From: a virus
Lineage: Duplodnaviria; Caudoviricetes
Strand: one strand, 5' to 3'
Virus record (IMG/VR): IMGVR_UViG_3300037883_000032
Span: 1-53,069 of that record
DNA: 53,069 nucleotides
Shown: in pieces, positions 32,356 to 41,230 of the stretch
Layout: each line of letters opens with the position of its first letter
How positions within the stretch are numbered: position 1 is the stretch's first letter
Position numbers and translations under genes: made by a program
The notes under the pieces: model-generated
The model's input: only the letters and a program-made list of their open reading frames with translations
Told to the model about the DNA's origin: nothing
Databases searched by the model: none

Positions 32356-32498
32356 CAGCGTGACGGTGGCGGGCGGCGTCGGCGTGGCTTCGGTGGCGCC
32401 TTGCGCAAGCGGTCCATGATCTCCTTCGGCGACGCGACTTGCTCGCCGTACCCGCGCGGGCGCTTTTTCCCCTTCGGCACCTGGCGCTTGCGGTTCAT
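32355..32498 (-). CDS. Small basic protein
   Basis: 47 aa Arg/Lys-rich, coupled on both sides. Confidence 0.45.
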   Translation of the reverse strand: MNRKRQVPKGKKRPRGYGEQVASPKEIMDRLRKAPPKPRRRRPPPSR

Positions 32499-33145
32499 CG
32501 ACGGCGCCCTCGTGCGTCGTTGACGAACAGCCCGGTGGCGTAGCCCACCACGGCGAGCATCCACGCCACGAGGATCCAGAACAGCGGCGCGCCTTCGTGG
32601 CTGCCGCTATGCAGGATGATCGCGAGGACGAACATCCACGGGAACGTAGCTTTCCACAGCCGCATCGCGCGCTGGCGGTGCGTCGCCCAGTTCTCCGCGC
32701 GCTTGTAGATCGCGCTCGGAATCTCCATGCCGCCGGCAAGCTGAGCGACGAGAACGAGCTGGTCGGGCTTTACGGCCAGCACGCCGTACTCGGGCGCCCA
32801 CACCTGCCCGAGTGGGTTGTCCGCGAGAGCGACGATCTCGGCCTTGTAAGCGCGCCACCCGTTCGGGTGGATCTGGATGTCGTCGTAGCCGAGGACGACG
32901 CCGTAGACGGGCGGCATCGTGCCTCCCCATAGCTCGCGTAGCTCCTCGAGGCTGGAGCAGGCGTTCATGCCGCAGTGACAGCCGGGGTGCGGCGCGACGT
33001 GGCGCGTGTTCCCCCAGCAGCTCGCGCGGTTCTCGCCCGGTATCCAGGCGTAGTCGTTAGCGCTCGAGAGGAGTTGCAAGCGCTGGTCGTTGGGCCGCCA
33101 CCCGCGGTAGCCGATGATCGGCTCGTTAAAGCTGACGCCTTTCAC
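32495..33145 (-). CDS. Conserved hypothetical protein with Cys/His motif and C-terminal TM helices
   Basis: GYRGW...W.PG...A.C...H.AP...C.CG; hydrophobic C-terminus. Confidence 0.65.
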   Translation of the reverse strand: MKGVSFNEPIIGYRGWRPNDQRLQLLSSANDYAWIPGENRASCWGNTRHVAPHPGCHCGMNACSSLEELRELWGGTMPPVYGVVLGYDDIQIHPNGWRAYKAEIVALADNPLGQVWAPEYGVLAVKPDQLVLVAQLAGGMEIPSAIYKRAENWATHRQRAMRLWKATFPWMFVLAIILHSGSHEGAPLFWILVAWMLAVVGYATGLFVNDARGRRR

Positions 33146-33266
33146 GCCGGTGTCGGCTCCGGTGTCTTCACTGGCGCGGGTGTCTCGCGCACGGGTTCCT
33201 CAGCCGGTGGTGGTAGGCGGCGCGGTGGTGGTGCGACGGCGGGGACCTCTCCAGGACGCAGGCCCA

Positions 33267-33467
33267 TCAGTCGCTCACCAGGATCCAGACGGCGAGTGCG
33301 ATCAGCGCCGCGTCGAACACGACGACGAATGTGATGCCGGCCGTCCAGCCGGCGAAAGTGACGTGCTGTGTGCCGTTGAGGTTTTCGATCACGCCAACAC
33401 TCATCGGCACGGTGCACCAGATCAGGAACACCGCGGCGACGGCTCGCCTGACGATCGCCCACATCAC
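33267..33467 (-). CDS. Small two-TM membrane protein
   Basis: Two hydrophobic segments in 66 aa; coupled. Confidence 0.6.
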   Translation of the reverse strand: MMWAIVRRAVAAVFLIWCTVPMSVGVIENLNGTQHVTFAGWTAGITFVVVFDAALIALAVWILVSD

Positions 33468-33823
33468 GCTGCCTCCTGTCTGATCGCGTAGTCCAGCTCA
33501 CTGTCAAGTATCCGCGCGCGGCGGACGACCTCGAGCGTCTCGTTGAGGCGCAGCTCGGTCTCTGGCAGCAGCGGCACTTCGGGTCGGTGGTCCGGCTCGA
33601 AGTGGCTGTCGCGGGCATCGCGGAACGCGGTCTTCACCTTCTCGAGGTCCTCCGGGCTGAGCAGCTCGCGAGCGAGTTTCATCGCGGCGAGCAGCCCCTC
33701 GTGCTCGTCGAGGCGCGTAACGACGTGGTCGGGATAGGGCATCTCCATGTCTTGCGCTGCCTCGATGTCGCCGGCGACAGCGTCGAGCGTTGAGAGCACC
33801 ATCGCTAGCAAGTCAGCGTCCAC
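33464..33823 (-). CDS. Hypothetical protein
   Basis: 119 aa acidic, helical. Confidence 0.55.
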   Translation of the reverse strand: MDADLLAMVLSTLDAVAGDIEAAQDMEMPYPDHVVTRLDEHEGLLAAMKLARELLSPEDLEKVKTAFRDARDSHFEPDHRPEVPLLPETELRLNETLEVVRRARILDSELDYAIRQEAA

Positions 33824-33828
33824 ATGGG

Positions 33829-33993
33829 TCAGTCTCGCCGTGGCGCCAGATAGAAGGCTTGCGCCAGGTATACGCGGATCGCGCGCCTGATTTCAGCGGA
33901 GACGGTGCGGTCGTTCTCGCGCGCCAGGCGCTCGAGCTTCTCGAAATGCGCGCGCGGGATCCGCGCGCTGATCTGCACGTCGCTGTCAGGCAT
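33829..33993 (-). CDS. Ribbon-helix-helix (Arc/CopG-like) protein
   Basis: Hand translation: VQISARIPRAHFEKLERLARENDRTVSAEIRRAIRVYL. Confidence 0.75.
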   Translation of the reverse strand: MPDSDVQISARIPRAHFEKLERLARENDRTVSAEIRRAIRVYLAQAFYLAPRRD

Positions 33994-34183
33994 CGGTCAT
34001 CCGTTTCAGCGCGACCCACAGCTCGTCTCGTCCTCCACGTTGAAAGGATCGCGATACCTCGTCCGTGAGCGGGTCGCGCGCGGCGTTCCCGATGATCTGC
34101 CCGAGACGCTGGTCGGGGTACGTGAGCCACGCCTGGCGAAGCAGGGCGAGCATCGGCTCGATCCGCGCGACGGGCCTACCCAC
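33986..34183 (-). CDS. Small conserved protein (YihD/DUF1040-like), apparent compensating frameshifts
   Basis: R..ARI...L.LLRQAW..YPDQRLGQII.N; the expected DPFNVEDE motif sits in another frame. Confidence 0.5.
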   Translation of the reverse strand: MGRPVARIEPMLALLRQAWLTYPDQRLGQIIGNAARDPLTDEVSRSFQRGGRDELWVALKRMTDA

Positions 34184-34520
34184 CGCGCGCCTCCTCGAGC
34201 GCCGCGATCATTCGCTCGCTCAGCGCGAAGCCCTCGGGCATCTTCACCATGTGCGGGCCACGGATGCTGAAGATCGACATTCCGCTGTGGTCGGCCTCCC
34301 ACTTGTCGGCCTTGCGGGCGACCGGGAGCAAGATCACCTGGTGACCGTCGATAGGCGCATAGGCGAGCACGAACAGCTCGGGCCACGGGTCGATAGGCGC
34401 GCACCGCCACGCGAGATGCTGGCCCGTACGGAAGTGCTCGACGCCGGCACGTCGCTCGATCAGCCAGACGCGCCGGGCGGCCTCAACCACCACGTCCTCA
34501 AAGGTCGGCAACTCAGCCAT
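34176..34520 (-). CDS. Hypothetical protein
   Basis: 114 aa, overlapping the terS stop. Confidence 0.55.
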   Translation of the reverse strand: MAELPTFEDVVVEAARRVWLIERRAGVEHFRTGQHLAWRCAPIDPWPELFVLAYAPIDGHQVILLPVARKADKWEADHSGMSIFSIRGPHMVKMPEGFALSERMIAALEEARGG

Positions 34521-35145
34521 CCTCAGCCTCCAGCACCTCGATGCCCTCATCCTCATCCAAGATCGCCACGATCCGCTCACGCTTCCCACGCGGCAACTGC
34601 GCCGGCTGGCGGTCACCCAGCAACGCCTCGATCTCCACCGTCCCCGTGTGTTCGATCAGCTTCGCGTCACGGCGGCCGTACTCGTTCGGGAACATCCGCT
34701 CGAGCAACACCATCGCCGCTTTCCAATCTTCCGCCGCGGCCTTCGTGACCTGGCCCACCAGATAAACCTTGTGCTTCACCTGCGTCACGCGCACGGCAGC
34801 CGAGAACTCGGTCAACTCGTTCGCCTCGCCTAGCTCCTCGTACTTCGCGGCGCGGGCGAGCCATTCGTCGAGGGTGGTGGGTGCGATGCCGGCGTACACG
34901 GCGGCATCCTTCTTCCACACGCCCGCTTTCAAGGCCTCGATGATCTTGTGCTTCACGTCGTCGGTGAACAGGCTGGGGCGGTGTGCGGTGCCGGCGTGGC
35001 TGGCGCACACGTCCATGCCTTTCTTGCGGTGGCGTTTGCATGGCTCGCCGTTTTGCTTGCGGCGTGTGCATAGGAGCGGCTTGGGTTTCCTGGCCGGCTT
35101 GGCGGGTTTCTTCTTCGCGGGTCGTTTCGCCACGGCGGTGCTCAC
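34513..35145 (-). CDS. Putative terminase small subunit
   Basis: C...G.PC...C.SH.G zinc motif, HTH (AAVYAGIAPTTLDEWL), DWKAA..LLER.FP..YGR. Confidence 0.7.
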   Translation of the reverse strand: MSTAVAKRPAKKKPAKPARKPKPLLCTRRKQNGEPCKRHRKKGMDVCASHAGTAHRPSLFTDDVKHKIIEALKAGVWKKDAAVYAGIAPTTLDEWLARAAKYEELGEANELTEFSAAVRVTQVKHKVYLVGQVTKAAAEDWKAAMVLLERMFPNEYGRRDAKLIEHTGTVEIEALLGDRQPAQLPRGKRERIVAILDEDEGIEVLEAEDG

Positions 35146-35342
35146 TTGCGCTCCCAGATCGTGAACCGGTTGCAGCCGGGGCACCGGCGCTGCGTGTGGG
35201 TCTTGCCGTTGCGCTCCGCCCAGTTGTGCCAGGCGATGTAGCCGGCGGGGCCTTCGGTGTGCGCGGCGCGGTTGGGGCAGTCCTCCGGCTTGATAGTGCC
35301 GGGCGCTGGTGCGTCCGCGAGCGGCGCTTGCATCCGGCTCAC
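35142..35342 (-). CDS. Small zinc-binding protein
   Basis: C...HT..P.GY.AW..WA....TH.Q.RCPGC. Confidence 0.6.
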   Translation of the reverse strand: MSRMQAPLADAPAPGTIKPEDCPNRAAHTEGPAGYIAWHNWAERNGKTHTQRRCPGCNRFTIWERK

Positions 35343-35668
35343 GACGATACCGTCCGCGCGTCGGGCTGACGGCCAGCCAGGACGCGATCGCGGACGTGCT
35401 CGGCGATGCGCTTGTCCACGATCCGGCAGACTTTGCGCAGCAGGGCTGCGCGGCTCCGCCCGTAGAAGCCGGCTTCGTGGTACATCGCGAGCGGTATACC
35501 CTCGATGCGATCGGCGCGGCGGTCGGGGTAGCTGATGTCCTGCGGGATCGAGATGCCGCCGTCGACCCTCCACACGCATGCTCGGTTTCTCACGACCGTG
35601 AATCGGGAGCGGCGGTAGACCCACGTGCTGCTGCCGTCGCTCGCTTCCGCGATCAGTGTGGGGGTCAC
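35339..35668 (-). CDS. Hypothetical protein
   Basis: 109 aa, GTGA coupling. Confidence 0.5.
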   Translation of the reverse strand: MTPTLIAEASDGSSTWVYRRSRFTVVRNRACVWRVDGGISIPQDISYPDRRADRIEGIPLAMYHEAGFYGRSRAALLRKVCRIVDKRIAEHVRDRVLAGRQPDARTVSS

Positions 35669-36024
35669 GCGGGGCGCTCCTGTCTCGGCTTGTACCAGGA
35701 ATCGCGGAACCGCTGGAGCTGGCAGGGGTTGAACTCGATGCGCCAGAAATGTTCGACGGGGCGGCCGTCACGGATGCCGAAGATCTCGCTGACCGTGTCG
35801 ACTTGCGCGGCGTACGTGTTCGCGATGTCAAGCGCCTTCCACGGCTCGCCGAGCACGTCGATCGTCGGATGCTCGTAGGAGTGGCCCGGGCCGCCCTCGC
35901 AGGACTGGCACGTCTCGATGCCGTGGTCTTTGAAGATGCGGAGGATGCGAACGATGCCGGGGTCCAGCGTTTCGTGAGGGAAGTGCTCTTTCGCCCACGC
36001 GAGATCCTCACCGAGTTGGGTCAT
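35665..36024 (-). CDS. Conserved phage protein (LD.GI...GIET..SCEG..H motif)
   Basis: 119 aa; motif recognised, function unknown; GAGGA SD. Confidence 0.6.
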   Translation of the reverse strand: MTQLGEDLAWAKEHFPHETLDPGIVRILRIFKDHGIETCQSCEGGPGHSYEHPTIDVLGEPWKALDIANTYAAQVDTVSEIFGIRDGRPVEHFWRIEFNPCQLQRFRDSWYKPRQERPA

Positions 36025-36203
36025 GGTTTCCTCACCACCTCCTCGATCGTGCGCACGATCCGGTCGACGGCGTCCGGGCGCGTCGTCGCGATCCCGTCGT
36101 AGCGGCGGTCGCCGGCGACCTGTACTTCCCACTCCCAGCCCGGCGCGGCGTGCACCGGGTCGAGGCTGATCCGCACGGCGAGATCCTTGACGCCGAACTT
36201 CAC
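36021..36203 (-). CDS. Hypothetical protein
   Basis: 60 aa, coupled. Confidence 0.5.
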   Translation of the reverse strand: MKFGVKDLAVRISLDPVHAAPGWEWEVQVAGDRRYDGIATTRPDAVDRIVRTIEEVVRKP

Positions 36204-36403
36204 GGCGCCCGCTCCCCGGAGCCACCACAGTCAGGGCAGGGCTTTGGCCCAACCACGCCGCCCGTCTCCGGGTCAACGATGTCGAGGTAGCCGTCCCCAT
36301 CGCAGCGAGCGCACGGGCGCTTCCGGATAGGCCGGACGCCGCGCTTCGCCTGGTGCGAGAGCGGCTCGCCACCGCGACGCAGGTGTGGGGAGATCCGGCT
36401 CAT
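36200..36403 (-). CDS. Small CxxCxGxG zinc-finger protein
   Basis: CARCDGDG...CPDCGGSG. Confidence 0.6.
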   Translation of the reverse strand: MSRISPHLRRGGEPLSHQAKRGVRPIRKRPCARCDGDGYLDIVDPETGGVVGPKPCPDCGGSGERAP

Positions 36404-36693
36404 GGAAGTCGCTCGCCTAGGAACTCGACGCGTACGTCCTGGAGCGCGACCTCGCGGTTCGAGCCGCGGCGCTCATCCTCGGTCGAGAAGCCGCGCTTCA
36501 GCTCCCGCGCGGCACCTATCCGCCGGTCGAGGAACGCTGCGAGCTGCTCACGCTCGACGACCTCCGCTGGCCGTGGTGTGAGCCACGGCGCGACGACCAA
36601 GGCCAGCACAGTGCGCAGTTCCCGCCAAGCCGCGCGCGCGGCCGCGACCGCGGCCTCCATGCTGCCCATCGGGGTCATCTCGGGCTGCTTCAC
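36400..36693 (-). CDS. Hypothetical protein
   Basis: 97 aa, coupled. Confidence 0.5.
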   Translation of the reverse strand: MKQPEMTPMGSMEAAVAAARAAWRELRTVLALVVAPWLTPRPAEVVEREQLAAFLDRRIGAARELKRGFSTEDERRGSNREVALQDVRVEFLGERLP

Positions 36694-37658
36694 TCGCCCA
36701 CCGCGACCATGCGCTCGAGCAGCTCCAAGGCGGACCCCTTGATGCTGGTGGTGGTCGGCTCGAACCTCTCGCCCCAGACCTCGAGGATCTTGGCGCGCAC
36801 GGCCTCGCGGACCTGTTTACGGAAAGCCGCCCCAGCCGCCCAAGCCGCCTCAGCCGCCCCAGCCGCCCAAGCCGCCTCAGCCGCCCCAGCCGCCTCAGCC
36901 GCCCCAGCCGCCCAAGCCGCCTCAGCCGCCTCAGCCGCCCAAGCCGCCTCAGCCGCCCAAGCCGCCTCAGCCGCCCAAGCCGCCTCAGCCGCCCCAGCCG
37001 CCTCAGCCGCCCCAGCCGCCCAAGCCGCCCCAGCCGCCCCAGCCGCCCAAGCCGCCCCAGCCGCCTCAGCCGCCCCAGCCGCCCAAGCCGCCCCAGCCGC
37101 CCCAGCCGCCTCAGCCTTGTCTTTAAGCGCCTTGGCGACGGCCTCGCGAACGCGTCGACGGAGATCTTCACGGAGCGGCAGCCAGTCGGGCAGGCCCTTC
37201 TGAATCTCGACAATCGCGAGCCGCATCGAGCGCGCGTCAGCGCGGTCGAGAATCTCGCTACGCGTGCGTAGCGATGCGGCGGCCTCGGTCGCGCCAGCAA
37301 GGTCAAGCCAGAGAGGCAACGCGACGCGGGTAGCCCAGTCCGTCGCGAGGAAGCCGCGGGCCTGCTCGTGGTCGTCGTGGGCGGTCGCGGCGACGCGGTC
37401 CGCGTTTTCAAACACCCAGTAGTCGAGCGCGTCGCGTCCCGCCTGGTCGGTGAGGTCCTGGAAACGTCGCAGGAACGCGGCGATGACCTGGCTGCAATTG
37501 TCGGGGTGGTCCGTCCATTCTTCACCTGTGACCCATGCCCACTTCTCCATCAGGCAGAAGCCGCACGGCTTGCCGTCGGCCGGGGGTCTCGAGTGACCGC
37601 CGGTGGATAGGGGGATGTCGCGGACGGCCTCTAGCCGGTCCTTCAGGATGACGCTCAT
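36690..37658 (-). CDS. Ala-rich repeat protein
   Basis: G.H...C.ME...GE.WTDHP.N.S.VI N-domain followed by about 32 AAx triplets. Confidence 0.75.
   Translation of the reverse strand: MSVILKDRLEAVRDIPLSTGGHSRPPADGKPCGFCLMEKWAWVTGEEWTDHPDNCSQVIAAFLRRFQDLTDQAGRDALDYWVFENADRVAATAHDDHEQARGFLATDWATRVALPLWLDLAGATEAAASLRTRSEILDRADARSMRLAIVEIQKGLPDWLPLREDLRRRVREAVAKALKDKAEAAGAAGAAWAAGAAEAAGAAWAAGAAGAAWAAGAAEAAGAAEAAWAAEAAWAAEAAWAAEAAEAAWAAGAAEAAGAAEAAWAAGAAEAAWAAGAAFRKQVREAVRAKILEVWGERFEPTTTSIKGSALELLERMVAVGE
36825..37116 (-). repeat. 9-bp tandem repeat GCGGCT(GGG/TGG/GAG), about 32 units
   Basis: Read directly; encodes AAG/AAW/AAE. Confidence 0.95.
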
Positions 37659-37683
37659 CGGCTTGCTCTCCTATTCGTAGTGT

Positions 37684-37863
37684 TCATATCGGCCACAGGT
37701 TCTGGTAGCTGACGACGATCTCGAGTGCCTGCTCCTCGGTGAAGTTGTTCTCGACGAGCGCGACGTAGTAGCCGCGCAGAATGTGCGCGCGGGTCGCGAG
37801 GCCCGCGATGGCCTGGTCGATGTTCGCGAGCGGGTCCGGGATCTCCGGGTCCTCATCGCTCAC
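37684..37863 (-). CDS. Hypothetical protein
   Basis: 59 aa, YY.ALV...FTEEQAL motif. Confidence 0.55.
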   Translation of the reverse strand: MSDEDPEIPDPLANIDQAIAGLATRAHILRGYYVALVENNFTEEQALEIVVSYQNLWPI

Positions 37864-38291
37864 TTGCGCTCCCGTGGTTGTGGTGGCGTGCCGAGACCGA
37901 TCCACGTCAGCATCAGTTCCGGCTTCGGCTCCTCGGCTTGCTCCGGGTGGTGCAGCTCGACCCAGTGCTTGCCGATCGTGCCGACGTTGATGTCCATCGG
38001 GAAGTGCAGCCGGCACTCGCGGCAGGTCATGGCCCAGTTGTCATCGTCGGCGGCGTCGGATGTGGCGCCTTCGCGTGGCTGGTCCCAGCACTCGTCGCCG
38101 TCCCACGGCCACGCGATGTTGCTGTAGTCGCGCGGGGTCTGGAGTTCCTCCGCGCGGATCGCGGACAGCGCCGCGACGATCGCATCGTGCAGGCCCTGGC
38201 GCTCGCCCCAGTTCTCACCCTCATACCCCGGGCCGTCGTACGCGGCCTGCGCGGCGGCGAGGACCGCGTCGCTGAGTTTCCGGTCGGGCAT
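37860..38291 (-). CDS. Hypothetical protein with a CxxC...H motif, leaderless
   Basis: 143 aa; TAGCCT 6 nt upstream of ATG. Confidence 0.6.
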   Translation of the reverse strand: MPDRKLSDAVLAAAQAAYDGPGYEGENWGERQGLHDAIVAALSAIRAEELQTPRDYSNIAWPWDGDECWDQPREGATSDAADDDNWAMTCRECRLHFPMDINVGTIGKHWVELHHPEQAEEPKPELMLTWIGLGTPPQPRERK

Positions 38292-38300
38292 AGGACCAGG

Positions 38301-38807
38301 CTACCCGGGCGGCTGGCTGTCGACGAACACCGCGCGGCGCGCCGCGCTAAACAGGCCGTCCTGCACGAACCGTCGACCATCGGTGCAGCGGTAGTCGACG
38401 CTCGTCCACGTGTCGCCCGTGACCTCGACAACGATCGCGATCGTGCCGATCTGCGCGTCGCCCTCGATCTCCTCGTACTTCGTCGCCATGTCCTCCATCA
38501 GGCCCATCGCCATCGCACCGAGCTTCGTCGTGTCGTCGTAGTCGAGGTCGCGCGACCAGCTCCCGCCGGCGAGCATGAAGTCGACGTAGCTGTCGGGGTC
38601 GAGATAGGGAAGACCCGACTCGAACTCGTCGAACGGGCCGTCGCTCCGGTTGACGTAGACGGGCGTGCTCGATCCGGTGATGAAGATCCCCTCGCCAATG
38701 TTGAGGTTCGGGTCGAAGCCGTGGCCGGTCACGCGCTGCGCTGCCCACTTCGCGATGTCCGGGCCGCCGAGCGCGATCTTGACATCGGCGCGCGTCACGA
38801 CGCTCAC
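38301..38807 (-). CDS. Acidic hypothetical protein
   Basis: 168 aa, phage-like codon use. Confidence 0.6.
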   Translation of the reverse strand: MSVVTRADVKIALGGPDIAKWAAQRVTGHGFDPNLNIGEGIFITGSSTPVYVNRSDGPFDEFESGLPYLDPDSYVDFMLAGGSWSRDLDYDDTTKLGAMAMGLMEDMATKYEEIEGDAQIGTIAIVVEVTGDTWTSVDYRCTDGRRFVQDGLFSAARRAVFVDSQPPG

Positions 38808-38838
38808 GGTGTTTCACCGTCAAGTGCCACGTGAAACG

Positions 38839-39054
38839 TCACCGGCCTTCCGCCGCGGCGATGCACGCCTCGCGCGCGTCGTGGTAGGCCTCGCCGAGGA
38901 TCCCCTCGTCGCTGCGGAACGCGCGCCACAGCTCGTCACGCAGCGGCTTCGGGACCGAGAACCAATGGCCCTTGCACATCAGCAGATCGCGGCTGTGCTG
39001 GATCGTGCAGCCCTCCACAGGGCACTCCCGGGTGTGCTGCACCGTGCGGCTCAC
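38839..39054 (-). CDS. Small zinc-binding protein
   Basis: CPVEGC...LMC..HW..VP..LR. Confidence 0.65.
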   Translation of the reverse strand: MSRTVQHTRECPVEGCTIQHSRDLLMCKGHWFSVPKPLRDELWRAFRSDEGILGEAYHDAREACIAAAEGR

Positions 39055-39278
39055 GGTTCGACCCCGAAGAACGCTGTGACGACCGACCGCGCAAGCTCTG
39101 GCGATCCGGCTGCCTTTGCGGCGCGCGCGAACGCCGTGTTGTCGCGAAGCATCGCCTCTACACCAGCCTCCAGGTGCGCGTGCGCGAGGTCCAGGTCGAG
39201 GTCGTCGTAGCGGTTCGGGAAGCTACGCCCGCCGCGCGCCGCGGCCCTGACGACCGCCTTGCGGGGCTTGTATTTCAC
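39051..39278 (-). CDS. Hypothetical protein
   Basis: 75 aa, GTGA coupling. Confidence 0.5.
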   Translation of the reverse strand: MKYKPRKAVVRAAARGGRSFPNRYDDLDLDLAHAHLEAGVEAMLRDNTAFARAAKAAGSPELARSVVTAFFGVEP

Positions 39279-39538
39279 GTGGCTTCACCCGGAACCTCGA
39301 TCGAGGCGGCGACCGCGCTCGTCGACTCGCTCACCGTCAGCTCGGCGAGGACACGCTCGGCCTGGCTGAACAGCGAGTCGGGGATGTCCAGCGCGATCGC
39401 GAACGCGACCGTCGGCACGTGCCCGTCGGCATTCTCCAGCGGCGAGTGATCCGGCTTCGTGCTCGCCTTCGTGTACGTTCGGCCGCGCAGGCTACCGCTC
39501 ACGCCGCGGCCAACCCGGACGTAGATCTTCGTCTTCAC
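39275..39538 (-). CDS. Hypothetical protein
   Basis: 87 aa, GAGGAGG SD. Confidence 0.55.
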   Translation of the reverse strand: MKTKIYVRVGRGVSGSLRGRTYTKASTKPDHSPLENADGHVPTVAFAIALDIPDSLFSQAERVLAELTVSESTSAVAASIEVPGEAT

Positions 39539-39756
39539 GTGCCCTCCTCGGTCTCGCGGTCGGGGTCGCGCCATTCGAGGACCGCCGTCCAGTGCCAGTC
39601 GACGGTCTTACGGTCGCGGCGCGGGAAGATCGCGGGCCTGAAGTCGATCGAGATCACACGCTGCCCGGGTTTCAGGTGCAGGTCGATGAACGGCTCCTCG
39701 CCCTCCTTCACGCGCTTGACGACACCGGTCCGCTGGCTGATCTGGACGAGCGTCAT
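39535..39756 (-). CDS. Hypothetical protein
   Basis: 73 aa, coupled. Confidence 0.5.
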   Translation of the reverse strand: MTLVQISQRTGVVKRVKEGEEPFIDLHLKPGQRVISIDFRPAIFPRRDRKTVDWHWTAVLEWRDPDRETEEGT

Positions 39757-40037
39757 CGCATCCGCTCCAGCCTGCCGCGCCGGCGCTTCGGTGCCGGCCG
39801 GCGCGCCTTGCGCTGCGCGTGGCGCCCATCACCGTGAGCGGTCCCGACCGGCGGCATCCGGTGCCGTGTCGGCCGGGTGCGCTGTGGCGCGGTGAACTGC
39901 TTCACCGCCCGCTGAAGCTGGCCGCCCTTGCCGTACTTAAACTTGCGTCGCCGGAGAGGCTCGACCGGGACGCCGTCGACCTCGACGAGCTGGACCGGCT
40001 CGCCGCGAATCTCCTCGCCCCGCCTACCGCGCGCCAC
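39753..40037 (-). CDS. Basic hypothetical protein
   Basis: 94 aa Arg-rich. Confidence 0.45.
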   Translation of the reverse strand: MARGRRGEEIRGEPVQLVEVDGVPVEPLRRRKFKYGKGGQLQRAVKQFTAPQRTRPTRHRMPPVGTAHGDGRHAQRKARRPAPKRRRGRLERMR

Positions 40038-40040
40038 GGC

Positions 40041-40322
40041 TCAACCCCCGGAAGGCTCGCCGGCGGCGCTCGACGCGGCGGGCGCGGCGGGCGGCGCGGT
40101 CTCGCCGTGCACGTGTTTGAGGATCTGCTCCTCGAAGCCCGCGATCGCGTCACGGAAGCGGTCGAGCAGCGTCCCGTCGTCCTGCGCGGGGAGCTGGACG
40201 GTGCGCGCGAACTGCTCGCCGGCGCCGTCTGACCCCTGAAGGCTCACGCCGAAGCGGACCTTGTCCGCGCGGCGCGTGACGCGCAGCGACGCGACCTGCG
40301 TGGTGGGAACGGTATCGGTCAT
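40041..40322 (-). CDS. Hypothetical early protein
   Basis: 93 aa; ACCGAAGGAGGC start-associated motif and TGTCGCA promoter motif upstream. Confidence 0.65.
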   Translation of the reverse strand: MTDTVPTTQVASLRVTRRADKVRFGVSLQGSDGAGEQFARTVQLPAQDDGTLLDRFRDAIAGFEEQILKHVHGETAPPAAPAASSAAGEPSGG

Positions 40323-40447
40323 GTGGTGCCTCCTTCGGTGGGTGAGCGAGTAGCTGCCTGCGACAATATCAGCCGTCCGGACGGGAAAGTTTCCGCCGCT
40401 CCGGCGGCTACGGTCGGGCCTCCCGACGCCCCTAAAAGGAGGCCCGA

Positions 40448-41230
40448 ATGACCGTCGCTGACCTGGTAGCACCCGCCCGCGCGCACGTCTACGGCAAGCG
40501 CTGGCCGCACCCCGGCATGTCCTTTCCGCAAGCCGACACGAGCACCCTCAAGATCCTGACAGAGGTCGACCCGCGCTCATGGATGTGGCCCGCGCTCAAC
40601 CAGCTCCAGATCGGCTCGTGCACCGCGAACGCCACCAGCCGGTGCTTCCGCGCCGACGCACACATGGACGGCCACGACTGCGGCGAGCTGTCCCGCCGCT
40701 GGATCTACCACTTCGAGATGGCGATCGAGGGCACCCTCGGCCAGGGCGACGTGGGCGCCATCGGCCACGACGCGTTCACCGTCGCGAAGCACGGCATCCC
40801 CGACGAGGCGCTCTACCCCTACAGCGACAACATCGAAGACTTCGAGATCAAACCGCCCGACGTTGAGCCGCGCGCATACCGGCTCGGCAAACCCGTCCGG
40901 TCGGTCCCTCAGACCCTCGAAGCGATCAAGCAAGTCCTCTCGAACCGGCAGACGATCCCGCTCGGCTTCACGGTCTACGAATCCTTCGAGGACACGTCGT
41001 GGTGGGCGTCGGGTGAGATGCCGATCCCGGCACCCGGCGAGGAAATCCTCGGCGGCCACGAGGTCCTCGCCTGCGGCTACCTGAAGGAATACCCGCACCA
41101 CATCCTGATGCTGAACTCGTGGGACACGAGCTTCGGGATCGGCGGGTACTTTTTGATGCCGCTCGCGTACGTGCTCGACCGCTCCCGCGTGAGCGACCTG
41201 CGCACGATCCAGCGCCCCGCCGGCAAGTGA
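40448..41230 (+). CDS. Papain-like C1 cysteine peptidase
   Basis: VDPR, NQ..IGSCTANA (Gln/Cys), LS..WIY, GGHEV (His), LNSW...FG.GGYF (Asn); AAGGAGG SD. Confidence 0.9.
   Translation: MTVADLVAPARAHVYGKRWPHPGMSFPQADTSTLKILTEVDPRSWMWPALNQLQIGSCTANATSRCFRADAHMDGHDCGELSRRWIYHFEMAIEGTLGQGDVGAIGHDAFTVAKHGIPDEALYPYSDNIEDFEIKPPDVEPRAYRLGKPVRSVPQTLEAIKQVLSNRQTIPLGFTVYESFEDTSWWASGEMPIPAPGEEILGGHEVLACGYLKEYPHHILMLNSWDTSFGIGGYFLMPLAYVLDRSRVSDLRTIQRPAGK

Noticed and set aside
36548-37525. Alternative-frame RLG/RLR repeat protein, or a CRISPR array
   Set aside because: 9-bp units without spacers; the Ala-rich frame has the SD and conserved N-domain; no cas genes
38823-38838. parS-like sequence AGTGCCACGTGAAACG (13/16 to consensus)
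   Set aside because: Single imperfect copy; similar CACGTGAA strings occur at GTGA gene overlaps; the phage ParB-like protein lacks an HTH and no parA is present
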